DNA from: Eledone cirrhosa
Lineage: Eukaryota
DNA length: 64,000 bases
Assembly (NCBI GenBank): GCA_964016885.1
Contig: OZ024741.1
Location: forward strand, 326,120,001 to 326,184,000
Direction of reading: 5' to 3'
Shown here: positions 31,041 through 46,817 of the stretch, one piece after another
How positions within the stretch are numbered: the stretch's first letter is position 1
Layout of the letters: every line of letters starts with the position of its first letter
Program-made: the position numbers and the translations under genes
Notes under the pieces: model-generated
Database searches by the model: none
The model's input: only the letters and a program-made list of their open reading frames with translations
What the model was told of the DNA's origin: nothing

Positions 31041-31285
31041 TTATGTGTCATTGATGGTATAGAAGTATGTAGATGCTTGTATGTCCATTTTGACTTGTTT
31101 AACTTCAAATAACTTTTTTAGTTGAACACTCAATACCCGCGTGCAACTTATATTTTTCAATCGAATTTGATTTCCACTTATTAAATATGTTTATTTTTTC
31201 TTCTCACACGCCTCCATATCTATCTATCTATGTATCTATCTACTTATATATATATATATATGTATATATGTGCGTGTGTGTGTGA

Positions 31286-31330
<45 letters not shown>

Positions 31331-31418
31331 GGTGTTTGTGTATGAGTGTGTATATATATATGTATATAGTACCGATTGTATTGTTATTTCTGTTTACCTT
31401 TTACATACATACATATAA

Positions 31419-31461
<43 letters not shown>

Positions 31462-31599
31462 AGTATGTATGTATTTCGTTTCATTCTATTCCATTTATAT
31501 ATATATATATATATGCATATATATGATATATACACATAATATATATGTATACATATATATGATATATACACATAAACATATATATATGTACAAATATAA

Positions 31600-31663
<64 letters not shown>

Positions 31664-32075
31664 GAGTATATGCGTATATTATATATACATAAGAAAATAC
31701 ATGAAAATATACTTTAATAGAAAACCGTAAAACGTATAAAATTCCTATCTGGAGTGGTATTCTAGTTCGTTTTTCGATCTAAAATAAATTTGTGATTAAC
31801 AGAGAAATCCTATATTTTATGTTTCTTGTCTATTCGTGGAACTTTTACAGATAAATATTGTACTCTGGATCAGCAGATTCATACAACTTATAGTCTATAT
31901 CATGTCTTTTTATATAACCTCTGTTATTGTATATCTATAAGTTTCTTCATATAAACACAAACTCACAAATACACACGTACGCGCGCACACACACATGCAC
32001 ACACAGACACAGACACAGACACACACGCACACCCACACACACACAGACACAGACACAGACACAGACACACACGCA

Positions 32076-32156
<81 letters not shown>

Positions 32157-32759
32157 GCAAAAGTTTTATTTAAAATTGTTGGGTTACAACGAGTAAATAT
32201 TTTATAACTGATATAAAAGCACTCAACAGGTTTTGGAGTAGGTTTACGATATTAAACAAATGGAAACTATATTTATAAAACCATATTTATTTCATTATAT
32301 TTATTTCAGGGATATCATATTAAAAATATGGTATGCCTTCCTCAGACAAATACAATATATAAACCGTTTTATAAATAAATTTGACATACCTTAAACAGTA
32401 CAACTTCCATTTAAAAAGTTGATTTGGTAGTGAAAATGTTAAGGACAGTTAGAAAGAAAGACGAAGAGAAAAAAGAAGGAAAGTGTATAGTGCTAAGGAC
32501 GAAGAGAAGAAGAAAGAAAGTGTATAGTGCTAAGGACAGTTAGAGAAGAAGATGAAGAGATGTATGTAGAGAAAAACAACAGAGCGAGATAGAGAGAGAG
32601 AAAGAGATATGGGAGAGAGAAATATATTGAGGAAGTGAAAAATGATAGGCAGCTTGGGGACAGATGATCAGCGCACAAATGAGAGATTAAGGAGGGAAGG
32701 GGGTACTGTAATTATTTATTTATTTATTTATTTAGTTATAGTGTTAAGGATACGGAGAG

Positions 32760-33190
32760 AAATAAAAATAAAAATAAAAATAAAAATAAAAATAAAAATA
32801 AAAATAAAAATAAAAATAAAAATAAAAATAAAAATAAAAATAAAAATAAAAATAAAAATAAAAATAAAAATAAAAATAAAAATAAAAATAAAAATAAAAA
32901 TAAAACAAATAAAAATAAAAGTAAAAATAAAAATAAAAATAAAAATAAAAATAAAAATAAAAATAAAAATAAAAATAAAAATAAAAATAAAAATAAAAAT
33001 AAAAATAAAAATAAAAATAAAAATAAAAATAAAAATAAAAATAAAAATAAAAATAAAAATAAAAATAAAAATAAAAATAAAAATAAAAATAAAAATAAAA
33101 ATAAAAATAAAAATAAAAATAAAAATAAAAATAAAAATAAAAGTAAAAATAAAAATAAAAATAAAAATAAAAATAAAAATAAAAATAAAT
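32760..33190. repeat. (AAAAAT)n hexanucleotide microsatellite
   Basis: Directly visible, ~430 bp. Confidence 0.98.
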
Positions 33191-34071
33191 AAAGAGAGGT
33201 AGAGAGAGATATAGGTGGTGGGAGAAAAGAGGTAGATCGAGTAATATCTATCATACGAGGTGGGAGAGATACAGTTAAAACAGCCGATACATAAATCCCG
33301 TCGAGTGTAGAGGAGAAAAAGAAAGAAAGATGATATATTTAAAATATTATGTTTCATCCATTTGAATTATCAATTCATATGAATTAGGTATTATAATGTA
33401 AATATCAATATTCATGAATGAGACACATATCAATAATGTGTGAAAATTGAAAAAATAATGACCCTATGTTTAGTTTAAAAATTCTTAGGTTTATAAACAA
33501 AATCTGAGATAAAACTTCAAAAATATTGAAATACATATGTATATATGTATTTTCATGAAAAAAGAAAAAGAGAAAAGAGAAAGTTATCTCAAATTCAAGT
33601 TGACAATTATAGACACACATTTGAATTTACGTGATCGGCTCTGTAAATTCTTATTTTTCATGAAAATCTTCATTGTGTTACAAAAGATTCCACCATACAT
33701 ATATGTACATACATATATATATAGACATAAAATATACATTAATTAATAATAATATTCTTGCCCTCACTTACATGATTATCGTTCAGGCATAGAATAGACA
33801 ACAGATATCAATATATTAAAAACGCCAAGAATATCTTCGTCACTCACCAGAGTATCTAGGGACGTAAGAAAACATAGTATGCCACGCATATCGACCACAG
33901 AAAAGCACCCTTCCAATTTATTTGACAATATATTGTCAAGTTCCTTCTTTTTTTCTCTTCGTCTTTCTTTCTAACTGTCCTTAACATTTTCACTACCAAA
34001 TCAACTTTTTAAATGGAAGTTGTACTGTTTAAGGTATGTCAAATTTATTTATAAAACGGTTTATATATTGT

Positions 34072-34135
34072 ATTTTGTCTGAGGAAGGCATACCATATTT
34101 TTAATATGATATCCCTGAAATATATATAATGAAAT
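34072..34135 (+). ncRNA. Type I hammerhead motif (antisense copy at 32289-32351)
   Basis: attttgt-CTGAGGA-agg..catatt ttt aatatg..cct-GAAA-tatata-TA-atgaaat. Confidence 0.7.
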
Positions 34136-34196
34136 AAATATGGTTTTATAAATATAGTTTCCATTTGTTTAATATCGTATATATATATATATATTT

Positions 34197-34370
34197 AATG
34201 TAGAAAGGCTTCTAGAGGACTAGAACTGTTTCACTTGGGAGAAATATCAGGAAGCCGACTGTCCAAGTAATATGGTAGTATTTATATATTTTCTGGTGAT
34301 AGGAGAGGGTGGTGATTGGGATGGGTGGATCATTGGTTGATGGGTTTAAAGAAAAGGGAATTCTTTAAAA
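34197..34370 (-). mobile_element. PLE pLTR fragment with HHR remnant; sister copy at 55598-55770 (+)
   Basis: ggcttc-CTGAT(-)A-...-GAAA-cagttctagtcctc-TA-gaagcc; sister copy reads CTGATGA...GAAAcag..ctgTA. Confidence 0.65.
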
Positions 34371-34724
34371 ACAATATTTCGAGTAACAAAAGCAGAAAGG
34401 ATTATATATATGTATATATATACATAGTTTTGGTATATATTTTGCAAAATTTCTTATTTAAAAACCTGTGTTGAAACAGATGTCATGATTTGGGAGGATC
34501 ATGCTGCCAATAAAACACAAGGACCTGTTGGTTTTCACTTCAATTTATTGCAAATTTCCTGTACGGTTGGTTTCATAACCAGGTGGTAGTTGTTTATTTA
34601 TCGTCAAAGTTCTTTCGTCCCACTTTCTATCACTTCCTCAGTGACTAATATATTTTGTGTCCCTCCAACACCATCTTACAAAAACACATGCATACACATA
34701 TGCATACATGGATACACACACACA

Positions 34725-34833
<109 letters not shown>

Positions 34834-35231
34834 CAACCCGCCTGACCCTCAATCTATCTTAATTCTCATTCTTTCTTCTGATGAAGTACTAGCATCCGAA
34901 ACGTTAATACACTCTTCCTGCTATATCAAGCATTAAACTAATATATTCCTTCCTTATACTGTAACGATTGTGTTGTTATTTCCGTTTACCTTTTACATAT
35001 ATATATAAATTTATATATTTATTTGAAATGGGAAGTAAGGTTCTATACAAAACAGTGGTTATAGAGAGAAGGTGAAATTGGAAATAGCACTGAAAATATA
35101 TCTAAGGCGATGTTTTTCTTTTTTTTTTCCTTTCTTTGATTCAACGGATGGCTGGAACAGGTAAAGTAGGAAAAGTGTATATATATATATTTCAGCGACA
35201 ACACTCTCTCTTTCTCTTTCTCTCTATCTCT

Positions 35232-35322
<91 letters not shown>

Positions 35323-35352
35323 AAAGAATAGAGGTGTAACACACAAGTTATT

Positions 35353-38869
<3,517 letters not shown>

Positions 38870-38870
<1 letters not shown>

Positions 38871-38904
38871 GAAACCGCTGGTAATATTAATTGTGTACCA
38901 CCCG

Positions 38905-38994
<90 letters not shown>

Positions 38995-39029
38995 CGGGTG
39001 GTACACAATTAATATTACCAGCGGTTTCA
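38870..39029. repeat. Perfect 160-bp palindrome: 37-bp arms around (TA)n
   Basis: tgaaaccgctggtaatattaattgtgtaccacccgcc-(TA)n-ggcgggtggtacacaattaatattaccagcggtttca; third copy at 39256-39322. Confidence 0.95.
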
Positions 39030-39095
39030 AGACAAAATACAAGATGTCAGCAGAGGAATGCACACAGAGGAATACACACATATATATATACATAT

Positions 39096-39177
<82 letters not shown>

Positions 39178-39745
39178 ATGATAATTTGTTATCCCATATA
39201 TATATATGAAAATGATCCGAATTTGTACGACCAATGAGAAAATGTCTTCATTAGTCATTCCTCTGCTGACATCTTATATTTTGTCTTGAAACCGCTGGTA
39301 ATATTAATTGTGAACCACCCGTCACCCATGTATAAAGATAGATAGATAGATAGATAGAGAGAGAGAAAGAGAAAGAGAGAGTGTGGTCGCTGAAATAAAT
39401 TCGGTGAGACTTTCGTACGTTATACACACACATACACACACACACACATACACACACACACACACACTCACACACACATATGCATAAGAGTTGACTAAAT
39501 CGGGTGAACTGCATGTAGTTTGTCAGATATTTTGAAGTTAAATAGTTACGATAAATCGCCATCTACCTTAACAAATGGAAATCTTACACCATATCACATC
39601 ACTAAAATAGACATTTTAGATTCATTCCTTAGGAAGATATATCTATCTTTCTATCTATCTAACTATCTATCTATCTATTTATCTATCTATCTATCTCATT
39701 CTCTTTCTCGTTCTCTCTCTGTCTGTCTCTCTCTCTCTCTCTGGC

Positions 39746-39860
<115 letters not shown>

Positions 39861-39989
39861 GGCAGCGTGTATTTTATCTCTGAGAGGACTGCTGGATTTT
39901 CGAATCTACCAGTCTCTTTTTAGCGCTGAAAGAGACGATCACTGATCTATTAATGTCGATGTAATTTTTATATCGATATTATTTGGGCA

Positions 39990-40113
39990 TCCACTGATGA
40001 GCTTATAAGAGCCCGCTTGTGTATAAAACTATGGATTATATACAAGTTTCTACATAACCTGGACATTATTTATCCCAATTTGTAGAAATCTTATAACGAA
40101 ACGATCGTCTAGA
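39990..40113 (+). ncRNA. Hammerhead motif with branched stem II
   Basis: tcca-CTGATGA-gcttataaga-[two hairpins]-tcttataac-GAAA-cgatcg-TC-taga; one mismatch in stem I. Confidence 0.7.
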
Positions 40114-40392
40114 AGGAAAGAGATATTTATTTAATTATGTCTCATATAAAATAATACAACCAGCTATCCTCGAAATACTGATTAGTTAGCACCCAAACAC
40201 TAAATTGGGAAAATACTTAGGTATATCCTAATGTTTGTTGAGTGAGATGGAGTTGGTCAGAGTATCGCTTAAGGCTTTCTCTGTTAATGTATCGTATATA
40301 TATATATATATATAAAGAGAATAGAAATGGCCGTGTACTTGCTATTTAAGGTAACTTAAAATGCAGTGGGAATACGAAGAAAGCAAGAACAA

Positions 40393-40910
40393 GGGGTCCT
40401 CATCAGTTGTCTACTGGGGGTCTAAGATATTTCTACACTTTAAAGACAAGATACAACTTCACCCCAGGGCGTCAATAACTGGATAAGTTATTGGGAAAAC
40501 GAAGGAAGGAGAGAAGGAAAGCAAAGGGGAAGAAAAGAGAAACAGTAATATAACAGCGAAAAAAAACACAAACCGAGCAATGTGTGAGCAACTATAGGTA
40601 GGAAATCCAAGCCCACTCGATAATAGAACTCAAATTCGAGACCGAGTGATCGAGAGAAAAGACACACGTCGGACCGCCGCAGTTGTGAGTGAGAAAAGAA
40701 CTGCTAAACGGTTAGACGAGGGGGTGAACGTGGGAGGGAGAAAGGGAGAGGAAGGAAGTGGAGTAAGAGTAGATAGGGAGAAAGGGAGGGGAAGGAAGAC
40801 GTTTTCCCAGTAACTTATCCAGTTATTGACGCCCTGGGGTGAAGTGGTATCTTGTCTTTAAAGCGTAGAAACATACTAGACCCCCAGTAGTCAACTGATG
40901 AGGAAACCCC
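40393..40910. mobile_element. PLE-like fragment with ~110-bp inverted termini
   Basis: 40393-40501 is the reverse complement of 40800-40910; related to 52722-53577. Confidence 0.65.
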
Positions 40911-40987
40911 CCTCTCTCTGTCTCTCTCTCTCTCTATATATATATATACATACATACATACACACATATATATACACACACACACAT

Positions 40988-41036
<49 letters not shown>

Positions 41037-41714
41037 GAATACGTATAAAAACGCACACATATATAGACATACACATGCATATATATTTCTATAGAAATAA
41101 ATAGATAAACACACTAACTTATAAACATCTAGATAGTGAGTTATATGGCTTAGATATACGTATACACATACATAAATCTATGCCAAAAAACAAAAACAAA
41201 ACACAACAAACAAACAAAACCTAACTAGTTTTGCGAAATGTCAAATTATTTGGAATAAAAGCTTGTTTTCGTACTGGACAGGAAACATTAAAATATAGCC
41301 TCTAATTTTATAAACATGATTTGCTACTTACGCGCTAAAGTTTTTAATCCCAATTCCATCAAAGTGAGATATTGATGGCTTTAACTTAGTTAATACGAAA
41401 ACAATGAAACTTCTTGTATAAAAGTTTAGCTTACGTCTGCAGTGTATCAAGTATTTTCTTTTACATAAATAAGTATATTTATTTCACGTTATGTATTGTG
41501 TTAGTTTTGTTTTATTGTATTGAAATGTCGTAACAACTTCTTTTAATGCTTAACTGATATCAAATTTATATGGCTATAAACTACATATAATATAATACAA
41601 ATTTTCATACATTATAGTTCTGTGTTTCTCTCATTCTATCTATCTATATATCTATCTATGTACCTATATTACTCTTTATATATATGTAGGTATATATGTA
41701 TGTATATATCTATG

Positions 41715-41791
<77 letters not shown>

Positions 41792-41827
41792 ACATATCTA
41801 TAAATAAATAAATATATATATATACAT

Positions 41828-41872
<45 letters not shown>

Positions 41873-41928
41873 TATAAACATATATATATATATATATATA
41901 TGCATACATATATGTACATATATGTACA

Positions 41929-42026
<98 letters not shown>

Positions 42027-42065
42027 CATATGTATGTATATACATATATATACATACATGTGTAT

Positions 42066-42669
42066 GTCAGGTCACCAGTTGGTGCTACGGTAACATGTAT
42101 CCCCGTACAACCTGTCTCATGGTCGGGTCGTTGGCGACTAAACTGGCAACCCCACCAAGGTTTCTTGGTGAGGAGGGTGACTTTGGACATCCTGCAGGAC
42201 TAAAAACAAAACCTGTCAAAGGGCAAAGGAGCTCTTAAGAGTCAATGGCCATCCAAAATCACCGGGGGGATGACCCCTTAGCCTTTGTCAAGGCAGAATT
42301 CTAGGAGAAGGAAAACTGTGATATAACACCTGCAACACTGATGGTATTCAATGATGTTGACTTGTTCTTCTTTTTGCTAAATATCATCTTGGTTAAGAGA
42401 GTGGGACTGGCTTTGTGCAGTGCCTTTGTTTATTATAAAAGCTTCACGGCACAGGCATTGCTTTATATCTGGAGATCTCTATGCACTTGTCGTCACATGG
42501 TACCATGGGCCCAGCACTATGTGTCAATAATTGTCACAAGTGTAGTGTTTGTACCAGAGTTTTCAAGTCGCTGGCTGGACTAAAAAGTCACACTCGTTCA
42601 GCGCATCGGTAGGGGTTCTCCTGCATGGACATAAAGTAGTGGCCGTACTAGAAAACGAGTTGGCAGCCA

Positions 42670-42672
<3 letters not shown>
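42066..42672 (+). mobile_element. Short RTE-derived non-autonomous element (5' UTR joined to 3' end)
   Basis: RTE-like 5' UTR motif taggagaaggaaaactg; 3' part reads like the terminal Zn-finger (C..FKSLAGLKSHTR..H); bounded by TA tracts. Confidence 0.55.
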
Positions 42673-42749
<77 letters not shown>

Positions 42750-44989
42750 TTATATATATGTATATATATATATATAAATATATATATATATACATATATA
42801 CATATACAGCCACAAAGTTACGACTATACACAATCTCACAAACATAATCACACGCATATTTATGTTTTATGGACGTATGTCTGTGTGAGTGTATGTATAT
42901 GGTTGTATATCTATATGTGTGGGTGTGTTATTGTGTGTACGTATATATATTTATGTTTGTATATTTAGCCATATATGCATATACATAAATTCATACACAT
43001 ATATGGTGTGGGTGATGTTCGTGTTTAAAATTATATACAAAAAGAGAAATATTCCGAGGCTTTCTATTTAGGTTTATTTATAATTGTCTCACTATATTTA
43101 TGTGGAAATATCCGCTGTCCCTACATTCATTAAACATTATAAGGTCTGTCTGCACTTGTCCAGAGAGCAGTTAATCATATATCATTTGTTTATGGTAGTT
43201 TCTTAAGACTAAATAACTGTCGATTTCTCATTACAACAGCAATATATTATATATACGATTGGAACAGGGATTAAGAAGTTTACTTCGCCATCATGAGGTT
43301 TTGGGTTCACTCGCATTGAGTGGTATTTTGGGTAAGCGTCACTATACATCGGAAGATATGTAGTCATATGTATGCATATACACAATACATACATATGCAT
43401 AGGAATCCCTAATCCCATACTCACATAGAACTATTCAAATGTTACACCCAGAGGAGTTGGAAGTAGCATATGGGCACTCTTTCAGATGTCTCTATAGAGC
43501 TCAAGCAGAGTCAAACCTTGTGAGTGAAATTCAATAGACGAAAACTGTTTGGAAGCATGTTGGTTGGAGATTACGTGTGATAAATAGGGCCATGTCAAAG
43601 ATTGTGTCCCGCTGACTCTTCGCGAGAACTACGTTAAGAGTACACGCTTATATAGAATACTTAACCACTTATATGTTAATTCACGAGTCGGACGTTCATT
43701 TGATAGAACAACCGAATCATTATCGGCGAAACTGACGAAGTATCGATCACTATCGTATCATATATACACAATTTAGTTAAAGCAGTATATCTGTCAATAA
43801 TTATGTATATGAAAGTCTAAGATACACAGCTATATTTAAAATATTTACATTAACACGTCTTGAAAAGAATAGTCTGTAATAATATATATTATATATTTAA
43901 ATTATATATTATATATTGTGCTATATATTATATTTTACATAATTAGGTTATACAGCGGTATTTATAAATTCGTCAGTACATTTCTTCAGAATATATCATA
44001 TATTATATAGTTATTCTATGCAGCGTTGTGTAAAACCTCTCAACGCTATAGAGATGTCTGTGATATATATCTGATTTAGCTTTGGTATATATTGATGGTA
44101 TGGATGAACACATAACTCATGGTGGAGTGGTAGTGCCATGGTAGTCACATATGGCGTACTCGGGGCACTTTATATAGTATATACTACTGCGAAATAGTAG
44201 TATATACTACTGCGAAATACACCCGACTACTAGACAAGGAGAAAAGGATTGATAAAGAGAAAAATAAGAAAGAAGTATACATGATAAAACCCCCACCCGT
44301 ACTGGTTCATACACCAACAGCGAGAAAATGAAAGACGAAATTGACTGCGAGATTTGAATACAGAACTCAGAGAGCCTGAACAAATAAGGCAAAACTCTGC
44401 CAATTCACCACTTCATGTATCGATTATCTTATTTCAATATATCAACTGTTTTTTTGTTATTGTTGTTTTTGTTTTGTTAATCTTTGAAGCCGACAAACGT
44501 CCTTCCAGATAACTCTAAACCGGGATCAATACAAAGGTGGCGGTTTCTTCCTGGTTTTATCTCCTCCAATGTCAGGGTTTAAAGATCATAGAAAGGAAAC
44601 GACAAGGATCCAATCGTCAGATCTGACCAAGAAAAAACAATGTTGCCATGGGACTTTCTATTACTTATAATACCGTCACTTTTGGCAGAAGTACGTGAAA
44701 TAAAATATTTTGCTCAAGAACACAACACGCCATCTGTTTCAGAACTTGATTGTACGAGTTTATTATCGTGAGTCCAACAGCCTAACCACTCGGACGAGCG
44801 CATTAAAACTGCAAGTCTATCAATTTCAGTATTACTACCCATTTATTAGTGGGGTCCATGGGAAATTTTCTGGAAACAAACCCTCATGATGTCCCAAAGC
44901 GTTTGGTAGACAGAAGCTCGTAATGTATATTCAAATCTGAGTTTGAGTAAAGAAAAATAGAATACACTGCATGGCAATACTCCCTCGAT

Positions 44990-45266
44990 TTCTCCAAGAC
45001 ATGCTACCGTGTAAATATTTGGTAGGCTGTGCTGCGTTCGGGGCAAAAGGCACACTGTTCGCCAGCTAGTTTGGATTCGACAATCTTCCTACATTTCTGT
45101 TTGCCAGATTCTTCTTTGACCTCGGCCGGCCTCGTTGGGGAGCCAGCCGGATGAATTGGAGACATTTGCTTCTGACAGAATTCAATTGGAAGGAGTGTTT
45201 AAGGACTCTGCCCCGACGACTCTCGCAGGGATAGGTGGGTGAAGAAGAAGAAGAAGAAGAAGAAGA
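44990..45266 (+). mobile_element. RTE-type LINE/SINE 3' end with (GAA)n tail
   Basis: LETFASDR..W-like terminal motif, short UTR, then gaagaagaag tail at 45241-45266. Confidence 0.55.
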
Positions 45267-46817
45267 GTTTAACTAAGCCAATAGTGAAATTAACATCTAC
45301 TACATTAATAGGCCTCGACCAGACTTGAATTCAAAACACAAAAAGCGTGAACAAATACTGCAATGTATCTCGTCCGACCTCCTATGAATTCCGCCGATCT
45401 ACGGTCCTAGAATAGTTGTATTTTATCGAACCGCGAAATTTCTAAAAGCCAAATTAAACTTAGTGGAATCAGAGCGCAATGAAGCGGAACAAATACCACA
45501 AGCCATCTCATCCAACGTGCTAACAATACCGGCATTTCGTAAACTAGGACAGTCATTTATTTTATCGATCCCGTGAAAGTATCAAAGGCAAAGATTACTC
45601 AGGCGAAATTTGAACTGAGAGCACAGAGAAACGGAAAACTGCCGTAATACATTTAGTTTTACACTCGAATGCAGAATTTCTTAACATTTTTTTGCCACGC
45701 CCATTTCGATCCCCTCCTTCCCCATAAACGTGCGCCCCCATCATTGTCGGACAAACCTAGTATATTCATACACTTCATTTTGAAGTTTCACCCCCAACCA
45801 AATTATTACCACGCCCTTCCTTAAAAACAGTGCTCTAATAATTTTGAACGAAATTTACATAACCAGCAACTTATAATTCACAGTGAAATTATTTATCTAT
45901 TTCTCCGATCATTTGAACAGGGCTTGCATATTTGGAGTCGGCAAATAAAATAACTTTCAAATCTTAATGAAATAAACAATAGTTCAATTTCACATAGTAA
46001 CATTATGAAAGTTTAGCACATGACAAAGCGTGGTAGATGTTTATAAAATCATGTACCCTATTAAATGAGTTATATTAAATATATTGTTTAATCTGCGGGC
46101 GGGTGGTCGCTTCACGATCATAAGAATATAATTTCGATGCCAGGCGAAGCGTGTGTCCCCGAGGATGAGATTATATGTTACGTTGCTCAAGTCCACTCTC
46201 CCCTCAGTTGGAAAAAAATGTGTTGTTCCTTGAATTCAAAATGTGTCAGCCCCCTCACTGTAGTGTCTTGCTGAATTTCCCTGAAAACAACGCCAAGAAT
46301 GAACGCATCTGTGGAATGCTCAGTCAGTTATACATTAATTTTACAAGTAGGCATCGTTGTTATTCGAACAACTGGAACACTCGTGGCTGCAACCCACGGA
46401 GGTCCCACAGATTAAATATTCAGATGAATATCTCTGAAATATCGAAAGCTAGTAAACAATCACAATTTTGTCTTACTATAACGATAATGATTACTATTAT
46501 GCTTGTTATGATTATTACTGCCATATTACTGCAATTTTGGGAGGGTACATACATTTGCCATTGTGGGTAGTTGTTGGTAAATACATAAACATGTGTAAAT
46601 GTAGTAAGGAAAAAAAATATATATAAATAAATATATACATTACGTCAGTATTTGACTAAAAAAATTCATCATATTGATCATGCACCAATCAATATAAATA
46701 TAGTATTAAGAAAAGCAGTGATTTGAATATATATAAATATATATATAGAATAAGAAAATGTGAAGTAGTTGTAGATGTTAAAGTCCCTTATTGATAAAGC
46801 TGATATATATGTATATA

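Larger units (their letters stand above)
32243..34179. mobile_element. Decayed PLE-like insertion with ~240-bp inverted termini carrying HHRs
   Basis: 32243-32482 is the reverse complement of 33941-34179; HHR motif in each arm. Confidence 0.7.

Noticed and set aside
44170-44226. Hairpin tagtagtatatactactg followed by GAAA
   Set aside because: Short local duplication; no CTGANGA core upstream.
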